Part shown: one piece after another, positions 41,671 through 56,400 of the stretch
Layout: every line of letters starts with the position of its first letter
Position numbering within the stretch: the stretch's first letter is position 1
DNA from: Octopus vulgaris
Taxonomy: Eukaryota
Direction of reading: 5' to 3'
DNA: 64,000 bases
Assembly: GCA_951406725.2 (NCBI GenBank)
Contig: OX597826.1
Span: 78,058,001 to 78,122,000 of the forward strand
Notes under the pieces: generated by a model
Seen by the model: only the letters and a program-made list of their open reading frames with translations
What the model was told of the DNA's origin: nothing
Databases searched by the model: none
Program-made: the position numbers and the translations under genes

Positions 41671-43300
41671 CGCGTGCATACACTTGTGTGGCTGTGAATT
41701 GATGTACGTGTTATACATTTCCCTCTGTATTTCCGCCTCATCCTTTCTGTCATTCGATTTCCTGATTCCCCCACCAACCCCGTCACTCCACCTTCTAGAT
41801 CCTTATGTATGATTCACCTCTATTTACGGAATTTGCCAAGATTATATTGTTATTATTATGGCCTGCTGGATTGTCAATACCTTTAGAAGATCGGACAAAA
41901 TTCTTTGCGTATTTGTTCTGGCACTTTTCATTCTGAGTTCAAATCTAACCTCGACGAACTAATCTTTTCATTTATTGATAATATAAATACATGCATTAGT
42001 TGAATCAACCCGGTTCTTCTAGATTATCTCTCTTGGGCCTAATTAGCAATTATAATTATTGTTATTATCATTTATGGGTTTATGAAAGACAGTTTCGCTC
42101 CTTGGTGCAAGAATTGGGCATGTCTCAGAAGTAACGCATACCTCCGTTCTTTTAGATAAATGGCACTTCGTCGGTTACGACTACAAGGGTTCCAGCTGAC
42201 TCGATCAACGGAATCGCCTTCTCATGGAATTTACGTGCAAGTGGCTGAGGATTCCATAGACACGCGTAATCCTTAACGTAGTTCCCAGAGAGATTCAGTG
42301 TGACACAGAATGGGAAATATTCTTTGAATTACAGATAGCGCTTATTTTTTGCTTGCTGAGTGAACTGGAGCAACGCGAAATAAAGCAAGTTGCTCTACGA
42401 CACAACGTGCCGCCATGACTCGAACCCACAACTCAACAATCTTGAGCCGAATACGCGAACCACTTAGCCACGCGACTTCGCGTCATTTTGGAGATAATGC
42501 ACATCCACTTAACAAGAATGTTCTATGCAAGTCCCACAGAGAGCTTTCCACGTTCGCCCTGGACGTTCAAGATTATGGAGCAGCTTCAAGATTAACGAAA
42601 ATTATCAAATGTAACCGACGAATGGAAATGCCCTTTCAGTATTTACAGATCTTATTGCTATATTTTGGAACAGAACCTGAACTGTGTCTATTGATACGGA
42701 TAATTTATCAACGATCCTACAGAAACGACTGTGCTAATTATAAACTGAATTATACTCATTCCTTAATTACCACAATGTTTTTAGTTCAACAAATAAGTCG
42801 GTGTAATTTATTAGTATTATTATCATATTTCTACACTCCATTATAGTTATTTGGTATTATATCGGTAATTAAGACGCTATTGTTCCGTCCAATTAATTCA
42901 CTATTGTCCTGAGTATGATGTCTGGTCTGAGGTGCAATCCATCGATTTGTCTGCCTAATGGAGTTTCAATAGTATTTCCTTATTGTTATTTTTTAAAGGA
43001 AGATGGAGGTTCGCATGAATACTTGAACATTCCATCTAGCGGAGAAGGGGTTAATATTTATTTCCCACCTTTTTTGTATGAATGTAAAAACTGCTTAACA
43101 TTAACGTTTAAACATGTTTAGTATATCTTCTTTTTAGTGGTCGTATCATTCAGTATTAATGTTGCCTTGCCCTATGTGAAATAACCACCGTTAAAAGGAA
43201 TTCTGGTATTTAACCCAGAACAGGGTGCGCAGGAATTACTCATCCTTTCTCCTTCAACTAATCACGGATATGGCTCTGTTGAATAATAATTGATCTCTTC

Positions 43301-43543
43301 TAATTGTGGAGGCGCGAGGCTTAGTGGTTAGGGTGTCAGCATCATGATCGTAAGATTGTGGTTTCGATTCCTAGACCGGGCGACGCGTTGTGTTCTTGAG
43401 CAAAACACTTTATTTCACGTTGCCCCAGTCCACTCAGCTGGCAAAATTGAGTAACACTGCGATGGACTGGCGTCCCGTCCAGCTGGGGAACACATACGCC
43501 ATTGAAACTGGGAGACCTGGCCCATGAGCCTGGCTAAGAAAAA
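43301..43543 (+). mobile_element. tRNA-derived SINE with a perfect 16-bp TSD
   Basis: AATAATTGATCTCTTC at 43285-43300 and 43544-43559. Head GGCTTAGTGGTTAGGG...GGTTTCGATTCC. Body ends TGCGATGGACTGGCGTCCCGTCCAG..., then an A-rich tail. Confidence 0.9.
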
Positions 43544-44537
43544 AATAATTGATCTCTTCAGGTATATGAGCATTTGCAGTGTCCGTTCTTATCTTCTGGA
43601 AAAAAGATTGCTCTGAAGTTGTTTTGTTTTCAGATATACCTTTCCTCTCAGCAGAATTATGAAAATGTAAAAAGGTGGTGATCTGGTGGAATCGTTAGCA
43701 CGCCGGGCAAAATGATTAGCGGCGTCTCGCCTGCTCAGCGCTGGAATCGATGTAATCGATTTAACTCACCCTCAACATTACTGTTCTTGTATCAAAATCT
43801 ATAACCAATATCAGGAGAACTAAGGCATCGTAAATTGTATGAAGGGCGATTGTTTTCAGTGTCGACTGTCTTGAGACTTGGATAAACTTGGAAATGGCTT
43901 TCTTTTCAGTAATAGAGTTGTTATCTTCGTCTCTGTCATCGACATATTTTGAGTACCTATTTAGAACTTTATCATGTTCTAGTGCCTTCCTGTTGTGTAT
44001 TTCTTTGAATAGCTTGGGTCCTTCGTTTGGTGTGCCCCCACCCTAGTTAATTCACATATTGCATAAATTGCTGTGAAAACCTCATCTATCGATTCCTTCA
44101 CTATACATAGCCCTCCGCGAGAATCTCCTTCCGTTGCTATATAAGCACTTGCCAAGTCACATGAGGTCCACAGAGTACTTCACAGTTACGTAATCATAAG
44201 TAAGCAGAAAGACTGTTCCATTAAAGTCTAACGACTCACATTCAGCCTTGCCGTTTATGACCTGAAATTAATCCCATGATATAAAAAATAATTAACCAAA
44301 AGGTAAACGGTTAAAAGTTGAAATATGAATTATTTACATTTATCTTTGGTTTCCCTGCGATATGAACGAAGGTAAATCATTTACAAGCGATAATATATGA
44401 CTGATTGCTTTAAGAATCTCTTTGGTACAATCAGCAAAGTGGTCCTTCGCCATATTTCTTCATGTGGGTGGATTCCCGCGAGGGGAGCCGTTGAGTTTTT
44501 CCTCTCCTAGGAGTGCTTCGAAATGTTTCATATACAT

Positions 44538-44594
<57 letters not shown>

Positions 44595-44617
44595 GTGTGT
44601 ATGTGTGTGTGTGTGTG

Positions 44618-44700
<83 letters not shown>

Positions 44701-44703
44701 ATA

Positions 44704-44788
<85 letters not shown>

Positions 44789-45497
44789 GTGTGTGTGTGC
44801 GTGTGACATAGCGCTGTGAAAAACTACTACAAACTATGAAGTATTATTCTTTTGAAGAAAGGAAGAAGAAACTAAAAGATATTGATTATTTATTATATTA
44901 AGAAATATAGAGAAGAAGAGAAGAAGAACAACAACAAAAAAAAAAACAAACAAAACAGGAAATAAAGCAAGACAAAGGGATCTTTGAACTGTTCTAAAGT
45001 GACTCGGACAAAAAAAAAAAAAAAACACAAATTCTTCCCACTCGACCAAATAAAACGTAAAAGAGATTGAACAATCTTCTATCTCCTGGCGAATCGACTC
45101 ATTTTTGGTTTTGGTTTCACTCGGCAGCACAACTGTTTTAAGTCCACTAAACAGCAGAGTATAGAGAGTTGATATTAATGATAGAATCACGAGGTGTCTG
45201 CAGAAATATTGATGGAATTAGTTAAAGGAGAAAAAAGACTTTGCTCATTTGCTGTTGCCTGTCAATATTAGTAAAAGGCACATTGAAGTCGAATAACTTC
45301 TCTTTACATCAAACTTATTGGTTATAGGTGTGATACTGAGACAACACACACACACACACACACACACATACACACATACACACACACACACACTGACCCA
45401 TACACGCAGAGACGGAGACACGTGCATATACACACGCATGTCGTCAAAGGTATAGTTATTGTCAAACATACCTTAGACACAAACATTATCATTTTAA

Positions 45498-45644
<147 letters not shown>

Positions 45645-46527
45645 TAGATAGATAGATATATAAATATAAATATATATATATACACACACGTACACACATA
45701 CATATGCATGCAGAACGTTTTATATCCGCACACACGCATCTAGATTGACACATGGGAAATAAAAACGGTAAACTGATGTTATCATGATATCTTAACCATT
45801 TTCTTTCATGATAATGGTAATACATTACTACCACTACTACAACCCTTACTACCACCATTACTACTACCACTACTACTGCTACTACTACCACCGAGGCTAC
45901 TGTCACCACCGCAACCACTGCCACCATCACCACCACACCAATACTATTACTGTTGTTGTTGTTGTTGTTTAATTTTTATTGTTTATTTTTTAAACAATAG
46001 CGAAAACTGAAAATGGAGAAAATCGTGTGACAGAATCGATAATATGTTGCGTCTTGAGGAACTGGTTTTTGGTTGGCAGAAACGCATTCAATCTGCCATT
46101 GATTGACTGATAGCACTTCCTCTTTTGATCATCGATGTTATTGTCTCTCTCTTACGTGTTACACCTTGTTCCTTCGGCTGACGCGAAACAAGAACAAAGA
46201 ACACAAAAGGAAATAAGGTGAAGTCGCTATGTAAGGCACCCCCACCCCACCCCCACCCCTACCATTACAGTCTTTGAGATTTTATATTGGAAAAAGATAA
46301 GGGATTTCTGTGGTAATATGTTTCCAGCACAGCGACTGTCATCACCAAGGCCATAGCGACAACAACAACAAAAATAATTGCTATAATAATAATAATAATT
46401 GAGGATGATGAAGATGATGACGACGATGATGATAACGATGGTGATGATAAGGTGGATAATGAGAAAGATGATGATGATGATGATGATGATGATGAGGAGG
46501 AGGAGGAGGAGGGGAGGAAAATAGCTT

Positions 46528-46736
46528 CAAGTTCTTGCCACAAGGGCAGCTTGGCGGAAGTGAGGATGAGTCGATTACATCGATCCCCAGTGTTCAACTG
46601 GTACTGATTTTATCGATCCCGTGGGATGAAAGGCAATGTCGACCTCGGCGGAATTTGAACTCAGAATGTAACGGCAGGCGAAATACCGCTAAGCATTTTC
46701 GTCCAACGTGCTAACGATCCTGCCAGCTCGCCGCCT
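46528..46736 (-). mobile_element. SINE family A copy
   Basis: Same core. Further copies at about 2795-3062(-), 22978-23128(+), 23665-24150(-, three in tandem), 28365-28552(+), 41860-42050(+) and 43672-43810(+). Confidence 0.85.
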
Positions 46737-46756
46737 GAGTAATGATGATAGCAATA

Positions 46757-46779
46757 TTAATAATAATAATAATATAATA

Positions 46780-46843
<64 letters not shown>

Positions 46844-46857
46844 TGATGATGATGATG

Positions 46858-46918
<61 letters not shown>

Positions 46919-46932
46919 TGATGATGAGGATG

Positions 46933-46993
<61 letters not shown>

Positions 46994-47007
46994 TGATGAT
47001 GATGATG

Positions 47008-47059
<52 letters not shown>

Positions 47060-47073
47060 TGATGATGATGATG

Positions 47074-47156
<83 letters not shown>
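46757..47156. repeat. Compound (AAT)n(GAT)5-6 microsatellite with a ~66-76-bp higher-order period
   Basis: GAT blocks at about 46841, 46915, 46991 and 47057. Confidence 0.9.
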
Positions 47157-47158
<2 letters not shown>

Positions 47159-47709
47159 TGGTAATAGTTAGTGAATCAATACTTGTACGAACAACAGTAA
47201 TAACACATATTTGATACGGTGCAGATACTTCCATGCGTAAACACACACAGACAGAGATACTTCTAAACTATTAATAACATAGCTACAAAAACGATGCTAC
47301 ATATTCAAAGAGAAGCGATGAGTTACCAATAGTCTTACGAAGACAGGCATATCAACATGTTTTATAAACCATTCTATCTTTTCTGGCGTTACTAAAGCGG
47401 TTTTTGCCTTTTTGAACTTGCCAGTTCTCCTCGTCTCCTCCGTTATAACCTTCACTCAGTGTTAAGGTAACGACATCTTACGTAAGCAGACATTTTATTA
47501 AGGCCATTGCTCAACCTTTCTTCCTCGTTAATGTATCTCTCGGGCATAATGTCCCTGGCTATGTCCCTCACGCCAAACTTCAACCGGTGAAACATCAAAG
47601 TAAATATAAACTTGTATCAACCTAATTAATCTCTCCATTCATCCATTCAATGTCTTATTTCGAACTGACACACTTCTTGAACTCACGCAAACTGTGTGGT
47701 GTGTGTGTG

Positions 47710-47771
<62 letters not shown>

Positions 47772-47849
47772 AGGGTGGATACGTATGTGTGCGTTTGTGT
47801 GTGTAAATTGACAGTATTGATAGAATATAAAAGAAATTATTGTGAATCT

Positions 47850-48003
47850 ATGTAGCTGTGTGGTAAGAAGTTTGCTTACCAGCCACAAGGTTCCGGGTTC
47901 GGTCCCATTTCGCAGTACCTTGGGAAGTGTATTCTACTATAGCCCCGGGTTAAACAAAGACTTGGAGTGAGTTTGGCAGACGGAAACTGAAAGAAGTCCA
48001 TCA

Positions 48004-48042
<39 letters not shown>

Positions 48043-48260
48043 GCGTGTGTGTGTCTGTGTGTGCGTGTGTGTCTGCGTTTGTGGTTTGTGTCTCTGCCCC
48101 ATCACCGCTGGATAACGGGTGCTGGTTTGTTTACTTCTCCGTAACTTTGAGGTTTAGCAAAAGCGACTGATAGAATAAATACCAGGATTATAAGGATATG
48201 TGTTGAGGGTCGGCTCGAGCATGGCCGCACTCCAGTGACTGAATCAAGTAACACATAAAT
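47850..48260 (+). mobile_element. SINE family B, complete copy
   Basis: Head TGTAGCTGTGTGGTAAGAAGTTTGCTT...GGTTCGGTCCC, central (TG)n, and 3' half ...CCGTAACTT...GATAGAATAA...GCATGGCCGCA. Others at about 10908-11325(-), 16340-16500(-) and 28312-28365(-). Confidence 0.85.
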
Positions 48261-49108
48261 AACAAAAGATAAACATCAAAAACAAAAATTGAAACATAAA
48301 CAGGACATTGACTGAATGGACGTTGACATTAATATGTTATATTATGAGTGCGTCGAAACATGCAGACATGTTGCAGTAATTCTCAGTGTGATGTGTAATA
48401 CCACCGAAGTACGACATAACGTTGATTAACTCTAACGCAAAGTCGGTTATTAAATTCCAGCAGCTCTGGATATGACAGACATTAAAGTGAATACTAAATT
48501 GTGTAACGTTATGGGCTTATAAAGTTTAATTAATTTAACTAACATTTACAGTGATAGTTAAATACTGTTACCTCTATAGCGATGGCAAAATTCATTATTT
48601 TGATTAATTCTGACAAGTAAAGACACGGGAGACAACTTCGGAATTAAAATTATAATCATAAAACAAAAATGTGGTAGAAAGTGTATGCGATATTCGTGAA
48701 GCTGAGTGATAAACCCGCTCTGCTTTGACCTTATTGCAGTTCACCAGCGAAGTATCTAACCAGACTTTAGATAGATTGAAGGATACATTGATTTTTTGAT
48801 AAAGAAATGGTACGTGGCAGAATAACTTAGAAGACTAATTGGGGTGGAAAAACCTGAAGACCCCTGCTACAAGAAATCAAACAGTAAAGTGCACTCTCAA
48901 CACACCGAATGGTGTGAGCCCCATAACCTTTAATTGATTAAAATTACATCCGCAATGAAGGGAGACACATCATAATCTATAATTGTCGTTTATAGACAGA
49001 AACTCGCCATAAAACTTGTCCGGTCATGTGCTGGAAATATAAGCATGAAGGAACGGCAAACATAGTGTACTATTTTTGACTACTCCCTTACAAGGGTACT
49101 CATGAGCG

Positions 49109-49173
<65 letters not shown>

Positions 49174-49179
49174 TGGATG

Positions 49180-49223
<44 letters not shown>

Positions 49224-49278
49224 TAGATATATAGAGAGAGAGAGATGGATGGATAGATAGATAGATAGATAGATAGAG

Positions 49279-49313
<35 letters not shown>

Positions 49314-49323
49314 GATAAATAGA

Positions 49324-49433
<110 letters not shown>

Positions 49434-50097
49434 GACAGATGGATTCAGAAGTGAAGAACAAGGTAAGAATAAAGGTTCCACGTACAGTTTTGTTGAATGC
49501 TGTTTCTAAAGATCGCAGCGCCGTGGCTAAGCACCAGAACCGTGTTCGTCAAGCAGATTCACGATCAATGTCAAGCCAGCCATGACTATCCCGCCTTGTC
49601 AGTTATTTCGTACCCAGGACTCCATCATTATCTAATAAGTCGTTGATTAAAAGGATGGGATTGTGGCCTAATTTCATAGAGGCTCGCTAATAATTTCTAA
49701 AGGGATCATGATGATGCCCCCACATTGTCTCATCTGTAGATTTAGTTGCAGTTTAGCAAAATTGATTGAGCAAACTTACAATGATCAAAAACATTCCAGC
49801 CGTGACCATCCCATCTTTTCAGTTGTATGTAGCACCACATTATCTAATCTTCTGCTCCAATATATGATTGCAGCAATTGATTTCCGAGACACTTGCTTAT
49901 TATTTCCAGCGTGTCAGACCGCCATGTTGACGTTTCCTCGTTAGCTCTTCGGTAAATTACGTTGCTTAGATTTGGCATTGCTTTAAATATTGGGTGCATT
50001 GTGTGTGTGCGTGTGTGTGTGTGTGTGTCTGTATGTGTGTGTGTGTGCGTGTGTGTGTGAATGTAATCATTTACAAACATGTTAATATGTATAGAAT

Positions 50098-50128
<31 letters not shown>

Positions 50129-50371
50129 TGATGCTTTGGCTGTATTGTGTGTGTGTGTGTGTATTTAAAAACGTTAATATGTATACAAGAAGAGAGAGAG
50201 AGAGGGGGAGAAAGAGGTATGCTTTCAAAGGGAGAGAAAGAGGTATGCTTTCAAAAACAATGACTGAATCAAGATAACAAGCTGACCACCACATCGATAC
50301 AATACAATCGAAAAGAAGACCCTTTTTCTCTCTGTCTTTCTTTCTCTTTCCCCTTTCTTTTTTCTTTTCTC

Positions 50372-50417
<46 letters not shown>

Positions 50418-50639
50418 GTGCCCTTCTTCTTGTTCTTTCTTTCTCCCTTTCTTTAAAAACACAAAATTGTCGTCTTGAAATGTCTTCAATGTCAGCCAAC
50501 GGTGAAAAAACTACAAATCACAGATGGTCCTCAGTTGTATTCTTTCTTTTTCCCTTTTCTTTTCTCTTTTCTGTCCTTCTTTCTGTCTTCATCTTTTTCT
50601 TTCCTTCCTCCCTTCTTTCCTCTTTCCTCTTTCTCCTTT

Positions 50640-50717
<78 letters not shown>

Positions 50718-51104
50718 AACACAAATATAACAAAACATAACAAAAACATCCTCTTTAGTTTTCTATAAAAGGCAACAAAAGTTTCTGCAAGACTTATGTC
50801 TGAGGAATTTCCACGAATGAGACCAAATCGCTAATGAAGAATTTTAGCCAAAATTATGACAACCACCTTTTGCTTAATAAATGAAATCTGTACAACACTT
50901 TAGAAATCTAGACATACATACATACATACATACATACATACATACATACATACACATACACACACATACACACACACATACATACATACATATATACATG
51001 CATGAATACATACATACATACACACATACATACACACACATACATACATACGTACATGCATATATACATACATGCATACATGCATATATATAGATATTAT
51101 TCAT

Positions 51105-51750
51105 ATCTGCCCCCCCCCCTCCCCAAAAATTTCGGGCCTTTTGCCTAGAGCAGAAACGAATAAGTTTATGTAAGGCGGCGAGTTGGCAGAAACGTTAGCA
51201 CGCCGGGCGAAATGCTTAGCAGTATTTCGCCTGCCACTACGTTCTGAGTTCAAATTCCGCCGAGGTCGACTTTGCCGTTCATCCTTTCGGAGTCGATTAA
51301 ATAAGTACCAGTTTCGCACTGGGGTCGATATAATCGACTTAATCTGTTTGTCTGTCTTTGTCTTCTCTGTGTTTAGCCCCTTGTGGGTAGTAAAGAAATA
51401 GGTATTTCGTCTGTCTTTACGTTCTGAGTTCAAATTCCGCCGAGGTCGACTTTGCCTTTCATCCTTTCGGAGTCGATTAAATAAGTACCAGTTACGCACT
51501 GGTATCGATATAATCGACTTAATCTGTTTGTCTGTCTTTGTCTTCTCTGTGTTTAGCCCCTTGTGGGTAGTAAAGAAATAGGTATCTCGTCTGTCTTTAC
51601 GTTCTGAGTTCAAATTCCGCCGAGGTCGACTTTGCCTTTCATCCTTTCGGGGTCGATAAATTAAGTACCAGTTAAGTACAGGGGTCGATCTAATCGACTG
51701 GCCCCCTCCCCCAAAATTTCGGGCCTTGTGCCTAGAGTTAGAAAAGAATG
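51105..51750 (+). mobile_element. SINE family A, tandem array with a 180-bp period
   Basis: tRNA-like head GGCGGCGAGTTGGCAGAAACGTTAGC with a GAGTTCAAATTCC B-box. GTTCTGAGTTCAAATTCCGCCGAGGTCGAC recurs at 51241, 51421 and 51601. Confidence 0.85.
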
Positions 51751-52246
51751 TGAAAGTTCCAGTTCTAGCGTGGGAAGACTCAACTTGAAGAGTAATGGGT
51801 TCAATCAAGTTTAAGTGCCTCAGACGACTGAATCTCCATGCTGACGACTGTCTACTTTATTCATTCACCCGATCTGTCTGGGTGATGCAACACAGATATA
51901 AACACACTGGACGTTTCATGCCTTCACCGTGCCACATATTTAGCGACAACGGACGATGTTATATTTATGGTCATTAAACTCTTAATAGATTTCACATCAC
52001 TTCGCAATGCAATATTGACTAAAATAAATTTGTCAGTCGGCACGAGGTGAGAGAGAGGGAGAGAGGGAGAGAGAGAGAAGGTGAGGGGGAAAGAGAGACA
52101 GAAACAGAGAATGAGTGTAAAAAAAAACAACATAAGAATGATTGCTATCTCATATTAAAATATTAAAATATTTCATTCCACAACAAAACTAAAAATAAAT
52201 AATAATAGTAATAGCCATGATAATAATACTAATAATAATAATAATG

Positions 52247-52388
<142 letters not shown>

Positions 52389-53445
52389 TAATAATAATAA
52401 TAATAATAAAGGAGATAGGAAAATATTAATAACCATAAAAATAATAACAATGATTATTAATATTTTGATTGTTAATATTGTTATTATAAGGATGATAATA
52501 ATAATCAGTCTTAATAAATTTATTATTGAAAATATGTCTTGATGGAAGCAATATTTTTATATCTCATAAGACGTTATATCAGATAGATAAGTAACCTTTC
52601 ACCAACAAATAAATAAATCAAGTGATCGATCACCCATATACCACCTCCAAGAAATATTATAAAACAGAAAAATTTTGTATTTTCATCTCTCTGTCTCATT
52701 CACTTCTGCCTTTCTTTTTTTTTCTGCGCTTTATTTGTTGTTTTATTTTTCTTGCTGCATCTCTCTGTCTGTTGGTCTCTCTCTCTCTCTCTCTGTTCCT
52801 TTATACATATATATACATACATATTGCCTTTAATTCTGTTATTAATTTAGTCAATAGACCGCGGTGATACTGGGGTATTACCTTCAATGGCTTCAATCAA
52901 TTATATCGACCCGAGTATTTAGTCTGTTACACCTTTTATCGATCTCTCATTACATGTCTTTAGAGTGTTACCTAGTTTTGCAAACTTAAATGCCATAAGA
53001 TATTTACACCGATTTGATAGTCAAACAGAGAGCCGCACTGAGGCGATGGTATAAAGAACGAGTACAACAACCAGTGTGTGATATTGGGAGGAACTGCGAT
53101 GGACTTAATGCAAACACCTTTAAAAGCAGAGACAACCATCATGTGTATTGCTTTAGTTGTAGAAGGAGAAGTATCGCATTTAACCCCAGTATCTCAAGTG
53201 TTTTGTTGAAAGCGATGGAATCGAAAATATTCAAATAACAGAGAATATCCTAGACAAGATTCCTACGTACACCAACAAATAAAAGGTATATATTTCATGT
53301 TAACCCGAGAAATTTCATATTTCTGCAAAAACCTTGATAGATTTTCACTTCTTCACTTCTTATTAGCCAAATATTTTTTATGGAAATTGTAACCAAACAT
53401 TCAATAAATAAACATGGGGTGAAATTTTAAGAACTAGATGAATTA

Positions 53446-53824
53446 TTGGAGTAAAGATTGTTTGCCAACATAACATGGCAGTCCTGGTTTAGGACGAATG
53501 TTGCTGTAATTTAGCACCCAGAGACATCGTCTCCAGCTGGCTATACCACACGATCTGTGTCCTTATATTTTCGAACAAGGGAATCTAGCACCCCCACTCA
53601 GCTCAAACAATATCTGTGTATCGTAATTTCCGGGTTATTTCCCTTCATCAGCACAGAATAATTGTTCGGCTAGAGGTGGCGCTGCTAAATTCCCGTTCAA
53701 AATATAAAGACACAGATCGTGTCGTATAGCCAGCTGGAGACGATGTCTCCTGGGGCTAAATACCAGCAACATTCGTCCTAAACCAGGCCTACCATGTTAT
53801 GTTGGCAAATAATCTTTACTCCAA
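53446..53824. mobile_element. Fold-back element: ~170-bp inverted arms enclosing a hammerhead motif
   Basis: Left arm TTGGAGTAAAGATTGTTTGCCAACATAACATGG... is the reverse complement of the right arm ...CCATGTTATGTTGGCAAATAATCTTTACTCCAA. Pairing continues, with indels, up to TCTGTG (53613) / CACAGA (53657). Confidence 0.9.
53613..53657 (-). ncRNA. Type I hammerhead ribozyme motif (one deviation at the base of stem II)
   Basis: Minus strand: UCUGUG-CUGAUGA-A GGG AAAUAA CCC G-GAAA-U UACG A-UA^CACAGA. Stem I is 6 bp, the core CUGAUGA and GAAA are intact, and the cleavage triplet is AUA. Confidence 0.65.
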
Positions 53825-54770
53825 AGCATTGTTGCTGAATATCTCTCCTTGTGAAATTTAAAAATAGTAATTTTCTAGATGAATTATTATTCCGCTGATT
53901 CAGAGCACGGTAAAGATGAGCCATACCAATTCGAAAATAAGGTGCAGTTGCACCTTTTACTTATTGCAGGTATTGCAAAGGATCACGCGGTTATATTTGC
54001 GTGGATTGGAAACTAAAAATTACGATATGAAATTTGTAAACTGAATTTATCCCGTGGGAAGAAAGTCGGCCGATTTTGAGGCTATTAAAAAATACCTCTT
54101 AGATATTTCATGTATCGGTTGAAAAACAAGATTTTGTTATTTTTTAAGACGGAGTTCCAACGCACCACTATAGTTGATAATCCATCATTACCAGCAGAGA
54201 ATTAGCGGTGCTGGACTACATATATGTATGTGTGGAGAGGGTTGCATGTTTGCAGGAATGCATATGAACTGGACCCTCATGAAAACATCGTTAATTTCAC
54301 TTTTACTTATTTGACCAAGGTTTCACAAAAGATTTGAAACACACGTCTTGACACCCATCCTATTTGAATTTAATTACACAATAAAATAATGTTTTTTTAG
54401 CGTATGTTTTTATATATATATATTATTCATAATGTCCAAAGTAATTTTTTTTTCCTAGATGTTTATATATATCGACTAATTCCGACTACTTACTGTTATT
54501 AACAATCATTGCTTTGTTTGGGTTATTTGTATCTTTAATGTACAAAAAAATAAATATACCATTTAAAAAAAAAACATTTTGTCTTTTTAATGTTTATTTT
54601 TTATTCGATAAGGATTTTTGTTTGTTTGCTTTCATTCATGTATTTGTTTTATTTGTGTGTACATTGTGATAAACAGATTGCTGTAGATATTTGATATTTC
54701 TCTAACAATAACAGTAAACCTCTCTCTTTATCTCTTTGCACACATACAAATGTGTGTGTATATATGTATA

Positions 54771-54939
<169 letters not shown>

Positions 54940-56099
54940 TATGTCATGTATAAACACATATATGTCATAAAAAAATATATTGTTTTGTTATTGACAAGGC
55001 GTGAAATTAATTGACTTTTGAGAGCGCTGAAAGATTAAAAAATAAACATATTTACCGCGTTCAATTATCAACACAAACCCTTGTTAGCCGAATAACCCTG
55101 TTAAGTTTTTGAAATCGCGACGAAATTATTTATCAAATACTTTTGTTATTGGAAACGATCGGAAATGTAGATAAAGGAGTTCACATGAGATGTATCCCTT
55201 TTGTGCCAGCAATCCGCCTTTTAATTTTCCGTTGATGCTACCTACTTTCAGCATCGATACTCATATCTCTTAGAAGTGCACGAATTCCACATAATCTTTT
55301 TTCCTCCTATAAAATTGTGGTTGCTTTTATTGGCTGCTATTCGATCCTATGCCAAGACTGACTGAGCAGTTACAGCATTAGAAACATTCTTCGCGAAGAC
55401 ATCATATTTTTGTCGAGGAACAGTAATCAAAAGATCTGCATTATAGAACCAGCACTTATGCCAGCAATCTGTGATTTGCAGGAGGCAGGATATGTGGCAT
55501 GCAGAAGATTAAAAGGGAGAATCTATAGCATAGAGAAGATTCAAACGTTGAATATATGCTATAGAGAGCCACAATAATATATCCATGAAAGCAAATAAAA
55601 TATGAAGAAAAAAATGATGCGTAAAATTATATGTTATAACCATCTCAAGAGTTTAAATGATTGTTTCATTGTGGGCACGATTTTCCAATACCTAATAAAT
55701 AAGCATTTCCCCATAGACCAGTGATGCCATAATAAAAAAAACTTTAATAAAATATTAATGAGGTACGTTATAAATGCATTAAAACCTTGCTGCTTCCGTA
55801 ATATATATACAGAAGAAATCTTTCTAGTAATTACATGCAAAATTCTTCTGCCCTATGTAATTCGAAGAACCCTAATATATTCCCATTCAACTGTATGGAG
55901 ATTTCCAAAGCATTAGCTTATCCAGTCAGTATGTCCTTTGCTGTTTAAAGTGAACCATAAAACAATATACGGTTTACTTAAAATCCCTATAACTGATGGT
56001 TCTTGCAACATTTGTATTCATTCAGGTACCCAGAAGGATGCCTTATCACTTTACTATCCTAATATATCTATTTGATAGATCTAACTCAACACAATTGTT

Positions 56100-56400
56100 C
56101 TTATGACACTAGTGTACAGTCATGCAACTCCATACAACATCAATGTGAACTGGCAAACGTTTACTTCCTCGGGAAGTAGAACACTCTATTGTAACAGTCC
56201 GGTGTTTAGAGGTCCTTTACTATCCAACTGCAAACCCAAAGAAATCAGAAATATCAAAGGAATATCTATGAAAACATTGAAAAGAGTAAATAAAATCCTA
56301 ACGATGATACTGGCCCAGCCGACCATTCTAGAAGACACTCAGACGAGATCAGCTGTTGAAAACTTAATCACAGACCAATTTACAGCCATAAAGCGACAAC
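56100..56400 (+). pseudogene. CR1/L2-group LINE ORF2 C-terminal remnant
   Basis: RTLYCNS..FRGPLL.NCKPKEIRNIKG.S..TLKR...IL..I.AQP...RSAVENLITDQ resembles the consensus GP.LFN.LP..IRN...FK..LD..L..IPDQP...NSL.DQ. Confidence 0.55.

Noticed and set aside
51241-51700. Regularly spaced repeats resembling a CRISPR array
   Set aside because: The intervening sequences are also repeated (whole 180-bp SINE units), the context is eukaryotic and there are no cas genes.
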